Part shown: positions 1 through 12,718 of the stretch, piece by piece
How positions within the stretch are numbered: position 1 is the stretch's first letter
Layout of the letters: every line of letters begins with the position of its first letter
NCBI GenBank assembly: GCA_000165425.1
Contig: CT868014.1
Location: forward strand, 62,001 to 126,000
Origin: Paramecium tetraurelia
Taxonomy: Eukaryota
Length of the DNA stretch: 64,000 nt
Direction of reading: 5' to 3'
Notes under the pieces: generated by a model
What the model saw: the letters and a program-made list of their open reading frames with translations, nothing else
Told to the model about the DNA's origin: nothing
The model's database searches: none
Position numbers and translations under genes: made by a program

Positions 1-145
1 TTTGGATTCTATTTAAATCAATGTTGGAGGATTATATTAATGATTTAAAATATGACCATTCTCGTTTCGGATTTGCAAAGTGGGTTATGTATTTCTCTAT
101 GACCAAATCAAAAAACTCAATTATGGCATTGCTAATTTCCTACAT
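1..145 (-). CDS. 5' part of an unknown protein, truncated by the window edge
   Basis: ATG at 145 (minus). Reads MQEISNAIIEFFDLVIEKYITHFANPKREWSYFKSLIQ... to the edge in ciliate code. Confidence 0.5.
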
Positions 146-412
146 CCTTATTATTTATTAGCAGTTAATATAATTTATTAAAATTTTATTTCAATTAGTT
201 AAATATTCCCTAATTCCTACTAACTAATTCACTTATATTAAATTGATTAAATTTCAATCAAGCAAGAATTTCTAATGCCGAATCGAAGAATCGTAAGATC
301 TTAATCATATTCTATTTTTGGCTTTTGATCCCCAAATTAATAAAGATTAAATTTGGTAATAATAAGTTAAATATTGCTTATAAGTACATTTTCAATAAAA
401 AGAATAAGATTT

Positions 413-1442
413 ATGAATAAACTAAATAAACCTGAATCAAGAGTTTAACGCAACATTCGAATAGTTATGTCCAATATCAAGGAGGAACAATAATAAAAAG
501 GTACCCTTGTAATTTGAATGTTATTAAGTTGTAAAATATTTCAGTCATCTCAAACAAGATGCTGAGTTAGCAAAACCTAGATATGCTCATTCTTAATTTC
601 CATAGTAGAAATTTTATTAAACTGTGGCAGAACCCAGTCTCATTGATTTTTCACTTGAAAATCTGAATCTAAAAGTCAGTAGAGTGGGAACCCTAGTGGA
701 ACCCATGATTCCAATAGAAGAAATTCCGCATAAACCAATAATTAAGAAATTTAAAGTCTTGAAGCATCCAGTGTTCCTAACTGAAAATACAATTAACAAG
801 ATAGAACCAACTGAAAGACATAATGAATTACCTACATCGATAAAAAGAAGCACAAAATAATAAATGATGAATAATGAAATTCTTCATCGCTTAGGATTGC
901 TGAGTGTACAAGCTAAGCGAGAACTCCAAATTGAAAAACTCAGCAACAGAGCTCTCAAGGTTTCCAAAAGCAAAGAAATACCTTCAAAAGTTCATAAATA
1001 ACTCGAAGCAATCACATAATAGTTGAAAGAGAATGAGAAGCCAGAACTCATTTAATTAACTTAAAGATGTACTACCTCAGCATCTGGTGCATCCAGAAAA
1101 GCCTACGATTATCAAGACGAGTATTTAGTGGATTGTCTTACTGAAAGACTTAATTTGGTTTACAGTGTTTCGACCTTTAAGAATAGACCTCAAACAAGAT
1201 TAGCTAAGAGAAAAATTCACAACTTTTTCAAAACAGTAACCATGGCGCATCTGGAGAACTTAGACGAAATTAAGAAGGATGATCAAAGTATTCAGATTTA
1301 AATTAAATCAATTAAAGAGAAGTTATAATTATGTAAGAGACGCCTACTAGATTATAATGATGAGATAGAAATAGCCCTTACAGAAGATATTAAAGGGCAA
1401 GTCATTGAATATAAAAATATTATTAAAAATAATAAAAAATGA
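413..1442 (+). CDS. Hypothetical protein (~330 aa) with a C-terminal coiled-coil-like region
   Basis: ATG 413, one intron (gtacccttg...ttattaag, ~501-528), then an open frame with TAA/TAG=Gln to TGA at 1440-1442. Confidence 0.7.
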
Positions 1443-1905
1443 CAGATATCGAAGCTGTATCGAAGTTTTGTGACTTAAATGATAGTAGATATTCAAATAT
1501 AAGAGCTGAAACTAAGGGTGTACTATACATCAAACAACAACTCTCAGGAGTGATAAATTTCACTCCAAATTCTATTGTTTGTAGGATTAGAAAGAAAATT
1601 ATTTGATAATTATGACTATTTGATTGCAAAAGGAATAACTGATTGCGATACAGTGCATGTGCTTAAGCCTGTTCTCACATACTAATAAATTAAGAAGAAT
1701 AAAATGCAAAAAAGGGATGGGATATCATTTAATTGATTAATTAGCACAATGTATTTCATTTTCTCATTATCCATCTAATTGCTTATTGACAATTTGAATT
1801 TAAATCTGGAAGTGATGGATGTGCTAGTGTATTTGTTAAAGTGCTATTTATCTTCAATAGCATTTTTTTCACTACAAATATTAATATATAAATAATATAA
1901 TATAA

Positions 1906-4488
1906 ATGGATCTAAGGGATGAAAATTACAATGCATCATTAACCTAAATTGAGCTTAGTGTTGAGGCACTTACTAATATTCTTTATTATTAAGAATTTTT
2001 TAAAAGAATATCTAGGTTTTTAAGTTTAAAGGATGTGTTGAATCTTGGATAAACTTGTCGTATTTTAAATGAAATCGTTGAGGTTTAATATGAATAATTT
2101 ATACCTAGAAACATTAAGAATTCTTCGGAGAGATCTATTATAAATTATTTCTTAATGAATAACTTGAAATGGCTTTGGAGTTAAACTACCCAGATATACA
2201 GAGCAGATAGTAGATTAGGTTATCGAACTTTGATAAATCTTGCATCGATTGGAAGAGTTAACTGTCAAAAATGATTTTAACAAAGTAAGTTAGACTTAAA
2301 ATTTTAATAGATAAACTTTGTAATTTCCATTTATCCTATGCGACGTAGTGTTTCCCAAGCCCATTTTAACGAGGGAAACAATAGGAATCTATTGCGAATC
2401 CGAGTTTCAAATCATGTTAGCGTAACGTTTAGAACTGGAACAAAAAGGGTTTGACAAGTTATTTGACTATTAATTTATTTAGAATGAAGTAATTTTATAA
2501 TCTTATGGAAACTTGTAGTTGATGAAGGAACTAAAGCAAAACAAATAGCAAATCTTGACACAAATGCAAGCTAAGTTATAACAAAATGAAAAACTTAAAA
2601 GTTAATTTTTATAGTATCGATGGAGTTTGTAGGATGAATAGTATTAAAGTGAATTTCAACAATTGAATCTCCAAAAGTTGGACATTGTCGAATAAGATCA
2701 TGAAGGAAAGGTGGAACCAATTGGAGATGAATAGATTTGCATCTTTAATTTAATGGAAGAGTTTTATACTTCTGTGGAGTGTTATTTGGAAGGGTTGTAG
2801 AAGTATTTTAGTGTATTTATAAATGTTAATACTATCAACAGTATTGATTTGCTTTGTGAATATGTAATGTATTGGCAAGCTTATAGCAACGCCATCATAG
2901 ATTTGTCAACATTAATCTATCCATTCGAGAATATCATTAATGAGTTACATCAAAACTTATTCCCAAAGTATCCCTAATATCCAAAATTTTCAGTTTGGAG
3001 AGTAATGACGAAAATGTGGATTAAATATGTAAACTTCAAATTAATCAAAAGATAATTCGAAATCAACAATTCTAAACTATATTATTAGAATGTTTTATTC
3101 GTCTACTCTCTGCTTAAAGACAACAATTGTTCAAAAAAGAATTTGAATAAGGAGTTAGTGAAGATCTAGAAAATGCTCAATCATTTTAAATAACCTACGA
3201 AATATATGATAATTTCCTACTTAAATAAAAGAATAGTTACAAAGATCAATTTTAAATTGATACTACGCATTAGGTTTATACTGAAGTTATAGATTTATTA
3301 AGAAGCTTTTGTCGATGTGTCTAGGACATATCAATTAGTGAGGTCAATCATAATGATTAACTTAGGTATCCGTACATTGGTTAGGTCACAAAGACTGTTG
3401 TTATGAGGAATTTTATGAATAGTTGAGTGAGAAGATATAATATGAATCCAGTTTTTATTATGATGAGAGCAGATAAGTATTTGGATCAAATATTATTTCA
3501 TTTATTGAGTTTATTAAATTTGATAAGGAGTAAATTCATAATTATTTAAATCTAGATTCTTATAGTAAATTTTGCCTGAACCTCTAATATTCAAAATAGA
3601 GAATCTTCAGAGAGAACATATATATACTTCCTTGTATTACTTTTTAGAAGTTTCTTATCTTTAGAAATTTGTATAGACCAACAAGGATTAAATCATGTTG
3701 GCTTATCAAAATTCTAAGATCAAATCTCCTAAATTAGAACGTAATTCAAATACGTCCTCTTAAAATAATGAACATCTTGAAACTTAAGGAGATTCTAATT
3801 TAAATGACCCTTAAAAATTCTTTAATTTGTGTTTAGAAAACAGCAATTTAGATTTAGAAGAGCTTTTAATCAAAGAGAAAAGCAAAAATCAATAAGACAA
3901 TTTGTTAGAAATCATCAAAGTTGCACTTTCTTAGATGAATCTTGATTCATTATAGAATTTAGATAACATAGATCAATTTGAATCCTAAAAAGATTTATTT
4001 GATTTAAGCAGGGCTCATAAAATACATAGATCCTTTTCAAATACTAGATGTAAGAATATCCCAAATATGTATTTTAGTGGATGCAGAACAAACGGAAGTC
4101 CCTGATGAAGTGATCAAGGCAGCAAAACAGTTTCTATTAAAAGATGCCCAATTTTCTAAACTATATCTCGTTTTCACTGAATATTCCAATTACTATGATA
4201 AAATGCTGATCTAAGTTATCACCAAAGACAGAGATGTTGAATTAATAAATAATGATAGAAAAGTGCCTAGAGTAAGGGGAATAAACTTATCATTAGATCC
4301 TACCTGAATACCTTTAAAACTTTTATTATGTTTCTAACTACTTGACTTATTCTGTACTCGAGGAAAATATTGTGGAAGATCAAGAAGATGAATTTGAAGA
4401 TTTAGATTAACCTCCAAATCTGTCAAAGGATCTATCCAAATTGAAAAGTATAAGTTATAATAAAATTAGAAAATTCTGTTCAATTTGA
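1906..4488 (+). CDS. Large protein with an N-terminal F-box motif and cullin-repeat-like helical region
   Basis: F-box-like EFFKRISRFLSLKDVLNLGQTCRILNEIVE. Cullin-like IDLLCEYVMYWQAYSNAIIDLSTLIYPFEN...FSVWRVMTKMWIKYV...LLRSFCRCVQDI...YEEFYEQLSEKIQYESSFYYDE. Several tiny introns. The 3' end is 4488, or ~4540 if a last intron is spliced. Confidence 0.65.
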
Positions 4489-4657
4489 GTATTATTACTC
4501 AGAAGGAGAAGATGATCATGGCTTCAGCGATGGAGCTTGATTGGCAGTAGTTTAAATTAATAGGAATGATAATATAAATATTAATTTAATTCTGATTATT
4601 ACATTTTCCTCATAATAAAATAATAGATCTTAAATGCATTTTTATGCTAAATATAAA

Positions 4658-5597
4658 TCATATTAATGTGTCTGATTTGATCTTTCCCTCCTCGACCAAC
4701 TCAACCATGTCTCCTTCAACATCTTCTACGTATTATTTTGATGTATTTATGATCTTCCCATTCATAACAGCAATCAAAATCTATTGAAAATAGCTACTAA
4801 ATCATTGTTACTTCTGCATTAACGTAATTAGGATTTGATGGGAATACTAGGAAGTTGTTTTAATTTAGATAATATTTAACGAAAGACCATCTCCATTGTT
4901 TGAATAATTCCTTTTTCTGAGGCCATTGATCTGGAAACAGATTCCCCTTCAAAGGTCTCTTGTCATCCCCACTTAAGGTCTTCAAATTTGTCACATAAAA
5001 TATTTGAGTCACATTTTATTCCTTTACTTTTCTCTAATTTATACAATGAGATTTTAGTGTTTACCCAAAATTTCTTCTCAAATACTACTTCTACAGTTTG
5101 ACCATCCTTATGCAAGTAGACTTCAGATACGACATATCTCAAGTATTTGAATTTCTTGAACCATCTCAAGAACACTATTATAGTTTCTTGAAATTAGCTT
5201 ACACCAAAACTCGACTGTAAACATCATCGGCAATGCTGCAGGAAATGTTGAATAGACTAACATCTAAATATTTAAGTCTTACAAGGATTATGCTTGATCA
5301 CATTTCCAACTAATACCATGGGGAATAAATACACCCAATATTATAATTGATAAGTCCAAAGCTGTATGATATAGAGAGATTATGATTACCAGAGGTTTGT
5401 AATAGTAGAGTAACGATTTGTTCGATGAATCAAATTTGATTTTCTATTATGGATTATAAGTTAATGTTCTAACTAAATATAATCTTTTATAAAAACTTGT
5501 AGTCTATCACAGTATTCTATGGTTTTATTGTGTAAGATTCAACTTTGCAAAATGAATAGACGCTCTTATACTATTGTGTGAATCTTCTCAAGACCAT
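4658..5597 (-). CDS. Putative mitochondrial membrane protein (two TM segments, TMEM70/TMEM223-like layout)
   Basis: Basic N-terminus MVLRRFTQ, hydrophobic segments, then FKYLRYVVSEVYLHKDGQTVEVVF. Multiple tiny introns, TGA at 4658. The family call is tentative. Confidence 0.45.
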
Positions 5598-5664
5598 TAA
5601 TAAATTTTTTAAAATGTTAATATTTTTATTCTCAATTACGAGAGAGGAATAATAAGTTAATCAA

Positions 5665-6097
5665 TCAATTTTTTTGTTTTTTGCCCATATCTCCTATATT
5701 GCTTTTGACAATCTGGAGCAGAGATTTAGTAGAATCAGCAATTGTTGCAAATGCCGACTCGGCTTCTTTCAGGGTCCTGTCACATTTCTCATACTTTTGT
5801 CTCTTGACAGCAACCGATCTATTTAGTTGTTGCAATCTCTGATTCAAGATTTACAAGTCCTCTAAAATCTAAGCTTTTTCTTCCTCCTTCTCATTGAGCG
5901 TATTGTCCAGGATCAGATATCTAAAAACGAAAAAATTCAAATTATATATATAATTACTATTGCTTCAAGGCTTTGAGAATATTGTTAATTTGCGATTCAT
6001 CCTCGGAGATGGTTTCCTCTTGTTCCGGATGATGGTACTTGGTTTTGTAGGGAGTGCTCTGGGCAGAAGACTTAGCACCTGAGGGTTGAGTGAACAT
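5665..6097 (-). CDS. SSNA1: SSNA1/DIP13/NA14-family small coiled-coil centriole/cilium protein
   Basis: EKEEEKAQILEDLQILNQRLQQLNRSVAVKRQKYEKCDRTLKEAESAFATIADSTKSLL matches the SSNA1 pattern. One intron at 5921-5957. Confidence 0.8.
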
Positions 6098-6912
6098 CTA
6101 AAAATTAAATTAATTGTTAATTTGAAAATAAAACTAATATGAGAAATATTAATTATAACAATAAAAATGAACACTAGATAAATGTAGAATGTTAATCAAA
6201 AGGTTATTTTAAAAAGAATTGAAATTTTAACAATGCTAGAATTTACTATAAATTGGATACTTTGCATTATGTAGGAATATTGGATGCATTCATGGTTCTT
6301 CCTTATAATTGTATAGTAATGTATTATATATCATAGATATTTATTTATCTCTTTTTAAACATACTTGAAATTCACATCCTGGGGTACTCTAAATACATAA
6401 TTCCCCTCCCTCTCCTCTTACTGTAATTATCCTTTCTAAACTCATAGATGCATGTCCTTTTTACTTACTCTACTGATAATCACCATAATAGTTTATGGGA
6501 TACAATTTAAATTAATTCTGCTTTTCTTTTAAATTCCAATAGTTTTCCTAAAAACAAGACTCAGATCATTAGCATTGACAGGACACTCCGATCGCTAATA
6601 ACACATATAACTTGATACATCCCGCGTCTAATGATTATATTTGTTGTTTTTTATCATTTGTATCATTCTAATTTAGCCATCTTTTAAAATCGAATATATG
6701 ATGATTTACAAAGATTATATTAGTTTTGCAAGAATTTACCTATTTTTTAAATTCCTTCCCATTAAAAATAGTCTTAACAATTATCTATTACACATAAGCT
6801 TATTCATTTGAATCACACATTACATTTGATACTAAGATTGAAACATGTATTTTAGACAGAAATGAAATAATAAAATATTTGATTTATTTGATATCTCTCA
6901 TGTTCTTTTATT

Positions 6913-9205
6913 TCAAGCTGGACAGCCACTGCTACTAGTTGTCATCGCACATAGTAGCCATGCTGACTTATCGTAAACACCGGCAAAAACTAACGAAAAA
7001 ATTGCACTTAATTTAATGAGAATATTTAAAGATGGGCCAGAGGTGTCTTTTAAAGGATCTCCAACAGTGTCACCTATAACTGCTGCTTTGTGCTCATCAG
7101 TTCCTTTGCCTTTGACTATATCATCTAAAAAATTTATACTATAAATTACCAATTTCGCAAAGATCAGCCTCAATGTACTTCTTGGCATTATCCCAGGCAC
7201 CTCCTGAATTGGCTGATGATGTGGCCATGCATACTCCAGATACTAAAATACCTGGTAATAATCCAGCTACAGCAGTTGGGCCAAGGAATAATCCCAAAGC
7301 CAGAGGTACTAAAATTACAAGTAATCCTGGGGCGAACATCTCTTAAAGAGAAGATTTGGTTGAAATAGCAATGCATCTGTCATAATCTGGTTTCTCTCTT
7401 CCATCTCTTATTCCTGGTCTTTCTGCTAGCTACCTTCTTACTTCTTCAACCATTTCAAATGCAGCCCTTCCAACAGATTTAAGTGTAAAGGCAGAGAACC
7501 AATAAGGAATCATAGCTCCAATTAAGAGTCCTAAAAATACTAATGGAGAATTGACTCCTAAATCTGTTAGTGGATGCTTATTGAGAGAGTTAGATGCTCT
7601 TGTGATAAAAGCTCCGTACAAAGAGAAAGCCACCAGTGCAGCTGATCCAATAGCAAATCCCTTTCCGATGGCAGCAGTGCAATTACCAGCAGCATCAAGT
7701 TGATCAGTTCTGTGTCTAACATCCTATGGATATCCAACCATTTCTGCAATACCTCCAGCATTATCAGAGACAGGACCATATGCATCAATTGCCAATCCAA
7801 TAGTCAAAGTAGATAGCATTCCTAAGGCACTTAAAGCAACTCCAAACATTGACAAAAGAGAATATGAAATGAAGGCAGTAAATGCTAGCAAGAATACTGG
7901 AATAATAGTAGAGAGATTTCCCAAGGCAATTCCATATATAATATTAGTAGCTGCTCCTGTTCCACATGCTTAAGCTACTTCTTGTACTGGTCTATAGGAA
8001 TGGGAAGTGTAATATTCAGTGACAAATCCGATGATGCACCCACTAATGAGTCCGACAACAGTGCAAAGCCATGCATGAATAGGTTGTCTATCTACTGGTG
8101 CCAATCCAAAGATTCTCTCTGGTAAAGTTAGATATGCAACATAATAAAGAGCAGGTAGCATTAAAAGAGTGGATAGAATCAACTAGAATTTCAAAGCGTT
8201 TGACACTTAATCAAAATTTTCTTTTTCACCAACAAATGCAAAAATGGAAACTATAAAACAACTATAAAATTTGGATGAATTAATTACACAATAATTCCTG
8301 CTGCTGAAACCAATAATGGGTAATAAAATGTTGTAGGATGATAATAGAATGATGGGGATACACTACATACTACCAAAGCAGCACAAGTAGCCTCAGCAAA
8401 GGATCCAAATAAGTCTGCACCCATACCTGCAATATCTCCAACATTGTCTCCTACATTATCTGCTATGGTTGCAGGATTATTTGGACTGTCTTCTTTGAAA
8501 TCATTTTCAACTTTTCCAACTAGATCTGCTCCTACATCAGCTGCTTTTGTATAGATTCCTCCTCCAACTCTGCCAAATAACGCTATTACTGATCCTCCTA
8601 ATCCATATCCTGCTATGGCTTCAAACAATTGTTAAAAGTCTCTATAATCCTTTATAAACCAATTTATGTAGATTCCCAAAAGTATTGTTAAACTGAGTAA
8701 TGCAAAACTTACCAATGCAAAACCCATAACACATCCAGCTCTATATGCCACTGCGAATGCATCTGTCATCTTTGTCTATGCGCAATAGGCACAGCGATAG
8801 TTAGAGAAAGTAGCCACTCTCATTCCAATAAATCCTATTGTTTATTTTAATATCCGAACCTGATATGATTGAAGTGAGTGCGCCTACTAAAAAGGCTACA
8901 GTAGTCCAAGCTTATCCGAGGACTGGCTCAACGATAAAGAATATTAACAATGCTAATAAGATAATTACAACTCCAATGTATCTATATTCTGCAGCCAAAA
9001 ATGCAGCTGCTCCACTTTCTATGTGAGATGCTATTTCTAACAGGAGTTAGGAATGGTGATCTTGATAATCATCCTGGAAATTATTATATTAATTGGGAGT
9101 GCCAATCTTTATTCGGTTAAGTTTGTATGCATTATAGACTGCCCACAGTAATCCAATAGTTGTCGATGCTAGAATTAAGATGTTTGATAACTCAAACGAT
9201 ATCAT
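6913..9205 (-). CDS. Vacuolar H+-translocating pyrophosphatase (K+-dependent type)
   Basis: [72 protein letters not shown] (Ala, not Lys, at the K+-dependence position), [14 protein letters not shown]. Confidence 0.97.
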
Positions 9206-9242
9206 TTTATTTAAATAAATTTAATTTGTTTTACTTATTAAT

Positions 9243-9770
9243 ATGTAGCAATCTAAACCTCAACATCAGACTCAGTCACTAAGAAGATGTGGGCTTCACG
9301 TAGTAAACAATTTACTTTAAACAGACAAATACACTAGTAATGATTTCGATAGAGTGGCAGAAGAGATGAAAAGAGAAACTAACAATTCTCATTATACATA
9401 CTTTTTAGGAAATTACGATTTAAATGTTATCGAGCGGATTTTACTTAAAGAATCATATGAGTTATAATGGATTAGATAGAACCAAGCAATTACTGAAGAG
9501 CTGATGGCTGACGAATCAGTAGAAGGGCTTTTAATTAATAAGATCAAGGAGATATCGTTAATTGAGAGATTATGTTAATGGGAACCCAGACATTGGGTTT
9601 GTATTCGAAAAAGCAGGAAATCTGACAATACTTTGGAATTCTATTACCATGATTCATAATTGAAGGATGCTTAACTGTATTAGACCAAAGATTCGATTAG
9701 TTTATTGTAAGAATTGTAAAAGAATAAAGATAATCACTTGCTATTAGTAAAGAAAATGTAGCTTCATTGA
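9243..9770 (+). CDS. Josephin-domain deubiquitinase (JOSD1/2-like)
   Basis: Intronless, 175 aa. HQTQSLRRCGLHVVNNLLQ, GNYDLNVI, RHWVCIRK, FYYHDSQL give an intact Cys-His-Asp triad. Confidence 0.85.
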
Positions 9771-9826
9771 TTCAAATAAATTTATTAAACAAAATTAGAC
9801 ATCTTTCAATTTATAATCTTCGGTAT

Positions 9827-10506
9827 TCATTAGAATTATTAAAAATCATTTATTTTCTCTTCGTTCTATTAAACTCCTTTTGACTTCTAAATAATAAGTT
9901 CAAATTAATTCTATAATTTTTGTTTCATCCTTCCTAACAAAGTGCCAAAGCATTCTTAATACAACTAGTAATTTTTAGCCTTGTGCTCGTTAGATTGCTT
10001 TTGATAATTGGCTGCAAACTTTGCCAATTGATTCTAGTAATATTGCATTATATGTGGAATTGTGAGATCCTCATCCTTAACTTCAAAGATAGACTGCTGA
10101 ATTTCTTGTTCTTCCTTGTATCCCTTCAGTTTCTCCTTGATCTGATGAAGACTCTCCTAATATATATTTGATTTGTCGCTACTCTACATTTAAGTGGGTA
10201 TAATATACAATTTGTCTTTTGAGAATATAAATGGAAGCATCAATATTGGCATTTTGAACTTCTAACACAAGTTCGATATTTTTGGTTTGACAGAGATTTT
10301 CTAAGTAGTTGATAATATAAATTACTAGCACCCTGCAATGAATCTTCATCCACAATAAAGACAGGATTACTCTCATCATCATCCTTATAGATGAGTTAAT
10401 ACATCGTGTGTAATTCATAAGGGAATGTGGCTTCTATTATGTCAATCAAAGTATTGAATTCTATGTTGCCAACTTTAATTTCTTATCCCTTAAAATTGAT
10501 TAACAT
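9827..10506 (-). CDS. Hypothetical protein with a PB1-like N-terminus and coiled coil
   Basis: MLINFKGQEIKV...YQLIYKDDDESNPVFIVDEDSLQGA resembles the PB1 acidic motif. One intron, TGA at 9827. Confidence 0.55.
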
Positions 10507-10518
10507 AATTTAATTAAA

Positions 10519-11289
10519 ATGGATGATGACAGACCAAAAACATCTTCGTTTTCGTTCTCCAGATTTGGTCGTAGGTTGGATTAGAGAAAGACAACTGGAA
10601 CTAGATTTTATCCTTAAAATGTCGTTACGATTCCTCCTATTAAATTGGAAAAGAAATAAACTCAAAAAGGAGATTGGTTATTCAGAAGAATAGATAGATC
10701 TCAAGGATCTATCTATTCTTAATAGTAATAAGCAACCTAAGCAGAAAGAGATTACAAACCTCATTTTGATATTATAGAGAAACATATTCCAACAATAAGC
10801 TTTGAAAAGCAAACTAAGAGGAGATCTATGAGTCTATCGAGCAATCAATAGGATATATCCAATGTTTAGATTCCTCCTCCAAAAGTAAAGATGATGATTC
10901 CATTTGATAAATAAGAAGGAAGAAAGGATGTGTAAAGAGATACAGTTGATAAATTTTATTAACCAATGGATTTAAACAAAACAAACAATGCTCATTCTTT
11001 TGAATCCTATTCAGCAAGGAAACCATTGGTGGAGAAGGATGCTATGCCCGATTATGAGATTTAGAAGAGTTTCAATTACATAAAATCTAGAAGGTCTACG
11101 GCTGTTGATTTTGGAAAGTCCTCTTATTAAAAGGAGCACTTGCCTATAACATCCTTGTTAGATTATGATGTCAAATTAAATAAGAAAATCAGAACAATCT
11201 TGTTTAATAAGCAAATACCCAGGGAGAAAAAACCATAGAATGAAATGTTTAGTAAACTGTTTCAGCGTTTAAAAGCCAGGGTTAATTGA
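10519..11289 (+). CDS. Hypothetical basic protein (256 aa), possibly ciliary
   Basis: Intronless open frame from ATG 10519 to TGA 11287-11289. Confidence 0.65.
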
Positions 11290-11489
11290 TTTAATTTAAA
11301 TTTGTACTATCCTTTTGAATGAATTATCAGAACTAGTGGATTTATGTATAATAATGCATTCACTCTTCAGAATTGGTTTTTTTTTATAATTATTATTTTA
11401 ATGAATTCGGGATACATGTTGAATTATATTATAAATTTATTCAGTATTTATAGTTACGCACTAACTCAAAAAATGACTCATTAATATAA

Positions 11490-12685
11490 ATGAGTGAAAA
11501 GAAAGCAGCAGGAGGACTCCAAGGAGTAGTTGCTGGATAATCTGCAATTTCCACAGTAGGAGTAGGTGGCATTGGCTTAAATTACAGAGGTTATGATATT
11601 AATGTAAGTTATGAGTTTAGAAGTATTTAGGATCTTGCATACAAATGTAGTTTTGAAGAAGTCACCTATTTGTTATTGAAGGGTCATTTACCTAATTAGC
11701 AATAACTCAATGAGTTGAAAACCCTTATTTGGCAGAAGAGATAAATTCCATGCAAATTGAAATAGATTTTGGAGACCTTACCCAAAGAGTCCCATCCCAT
11801 GGATATTATGAGAACGGTGGCATCTATTGCGGGTATTTTGGAACCAGAAACAAAACCCGGTCAGGAATACGAAATAAGCATCAGGTTGATTTCCTTATTT
11901 GGCCCCGCCTTACTGTATTGGCATCATTACAGTAATTCAGGAATCAAAATAAACGAGAATACAGGAAAGGATTCAATTGCTGAAAACTTCCTTAAATTAT
12001 ACCATTTGAAGAGTGAGATAGACCCTCTGGTTGTCAAAACTTTTGATGTTTCACTAATACTATATGCAGAACACGATTTTGCTGCCTCTACTTTTGCTGC
12101 TCGTGTTACTGTAAGTACACTATCTGATTTCTATTCTGGAATCACAACTGCTATTGGAACTTTGAGAGGACCACTTCATGGAGGAGCCAATGAAGCAGCT
12201 ATGCAATATTTGGAACCTCTAAGAAGCATACCATAGGCAGGCCAATTCTTGAATAGCAGATATCAAAGTAAATAATTGATTATGGGTTTTGGACATCGAG
12301 TCTATAAGAAGGAAGATCCGAGGTCTCCAATCATTAAAGATTTTTCATTGTAATTAAGTAAGACAGCCAATGGAGATCCAACCTTATTGGCTGTTTCATA
12401 GCACATCGAGAAAAGAATGATTGAGGAGAAGAAGATCTACCCTAATCTTGACTTTTACAGTGCCAGTGCTTATAAACAATGCGGGTATAATATAAGTTTT
12501 TAAATTTAGAGTGCCAACTCCTATGTTCACAGCAATCTTTGTGATTTCTAGAATGACAGGATGGGGAGGTCATATCATTGAGTAAAGAAGCAATAACAAA
12601 ATTGATGAGACCTGTTTCAGATTACACTGGGCCTGCTAAGAAATAATTTGTACCAATAGAAATGAGAAATAATGCCAATTTATGA
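11490..12685 (+). CDS. prpC: 2-methylcitrate/citrate synthase, bacterial PrpC-type; apparent +1 frameshift at ~12600
   Basis: GLQGVVAGQSAISTVG, LNYRGYDI, LYAEHDFAASTFAARV, LRGPLHGGANEAAM, MGFGHRVYKKEDPRS, YPNLDFYSASAY, SRMTGWGGHIIEQR. Two introns. Confidence 0.88.
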
Positions 12686-12718
12686 TAATGTATTATTAAA
12701 ATAAATATAATAATATTA

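Noticed and set aside
1439..1740. ATGA stop/start overlap suggesting a translationally coupled downstream ORF
   Set aside because: The downstream frame ends after ~57 codons. I could not build a consistent splice model on either strand, so it is likely chance or a remnant.
6170..6680. Possible minus-strand gene between SSNA1 and the V-PPase
   Set aside because: All frames from candidate ATGs hit TGA and no motif is recognisable. At best it is a decayed remnant.
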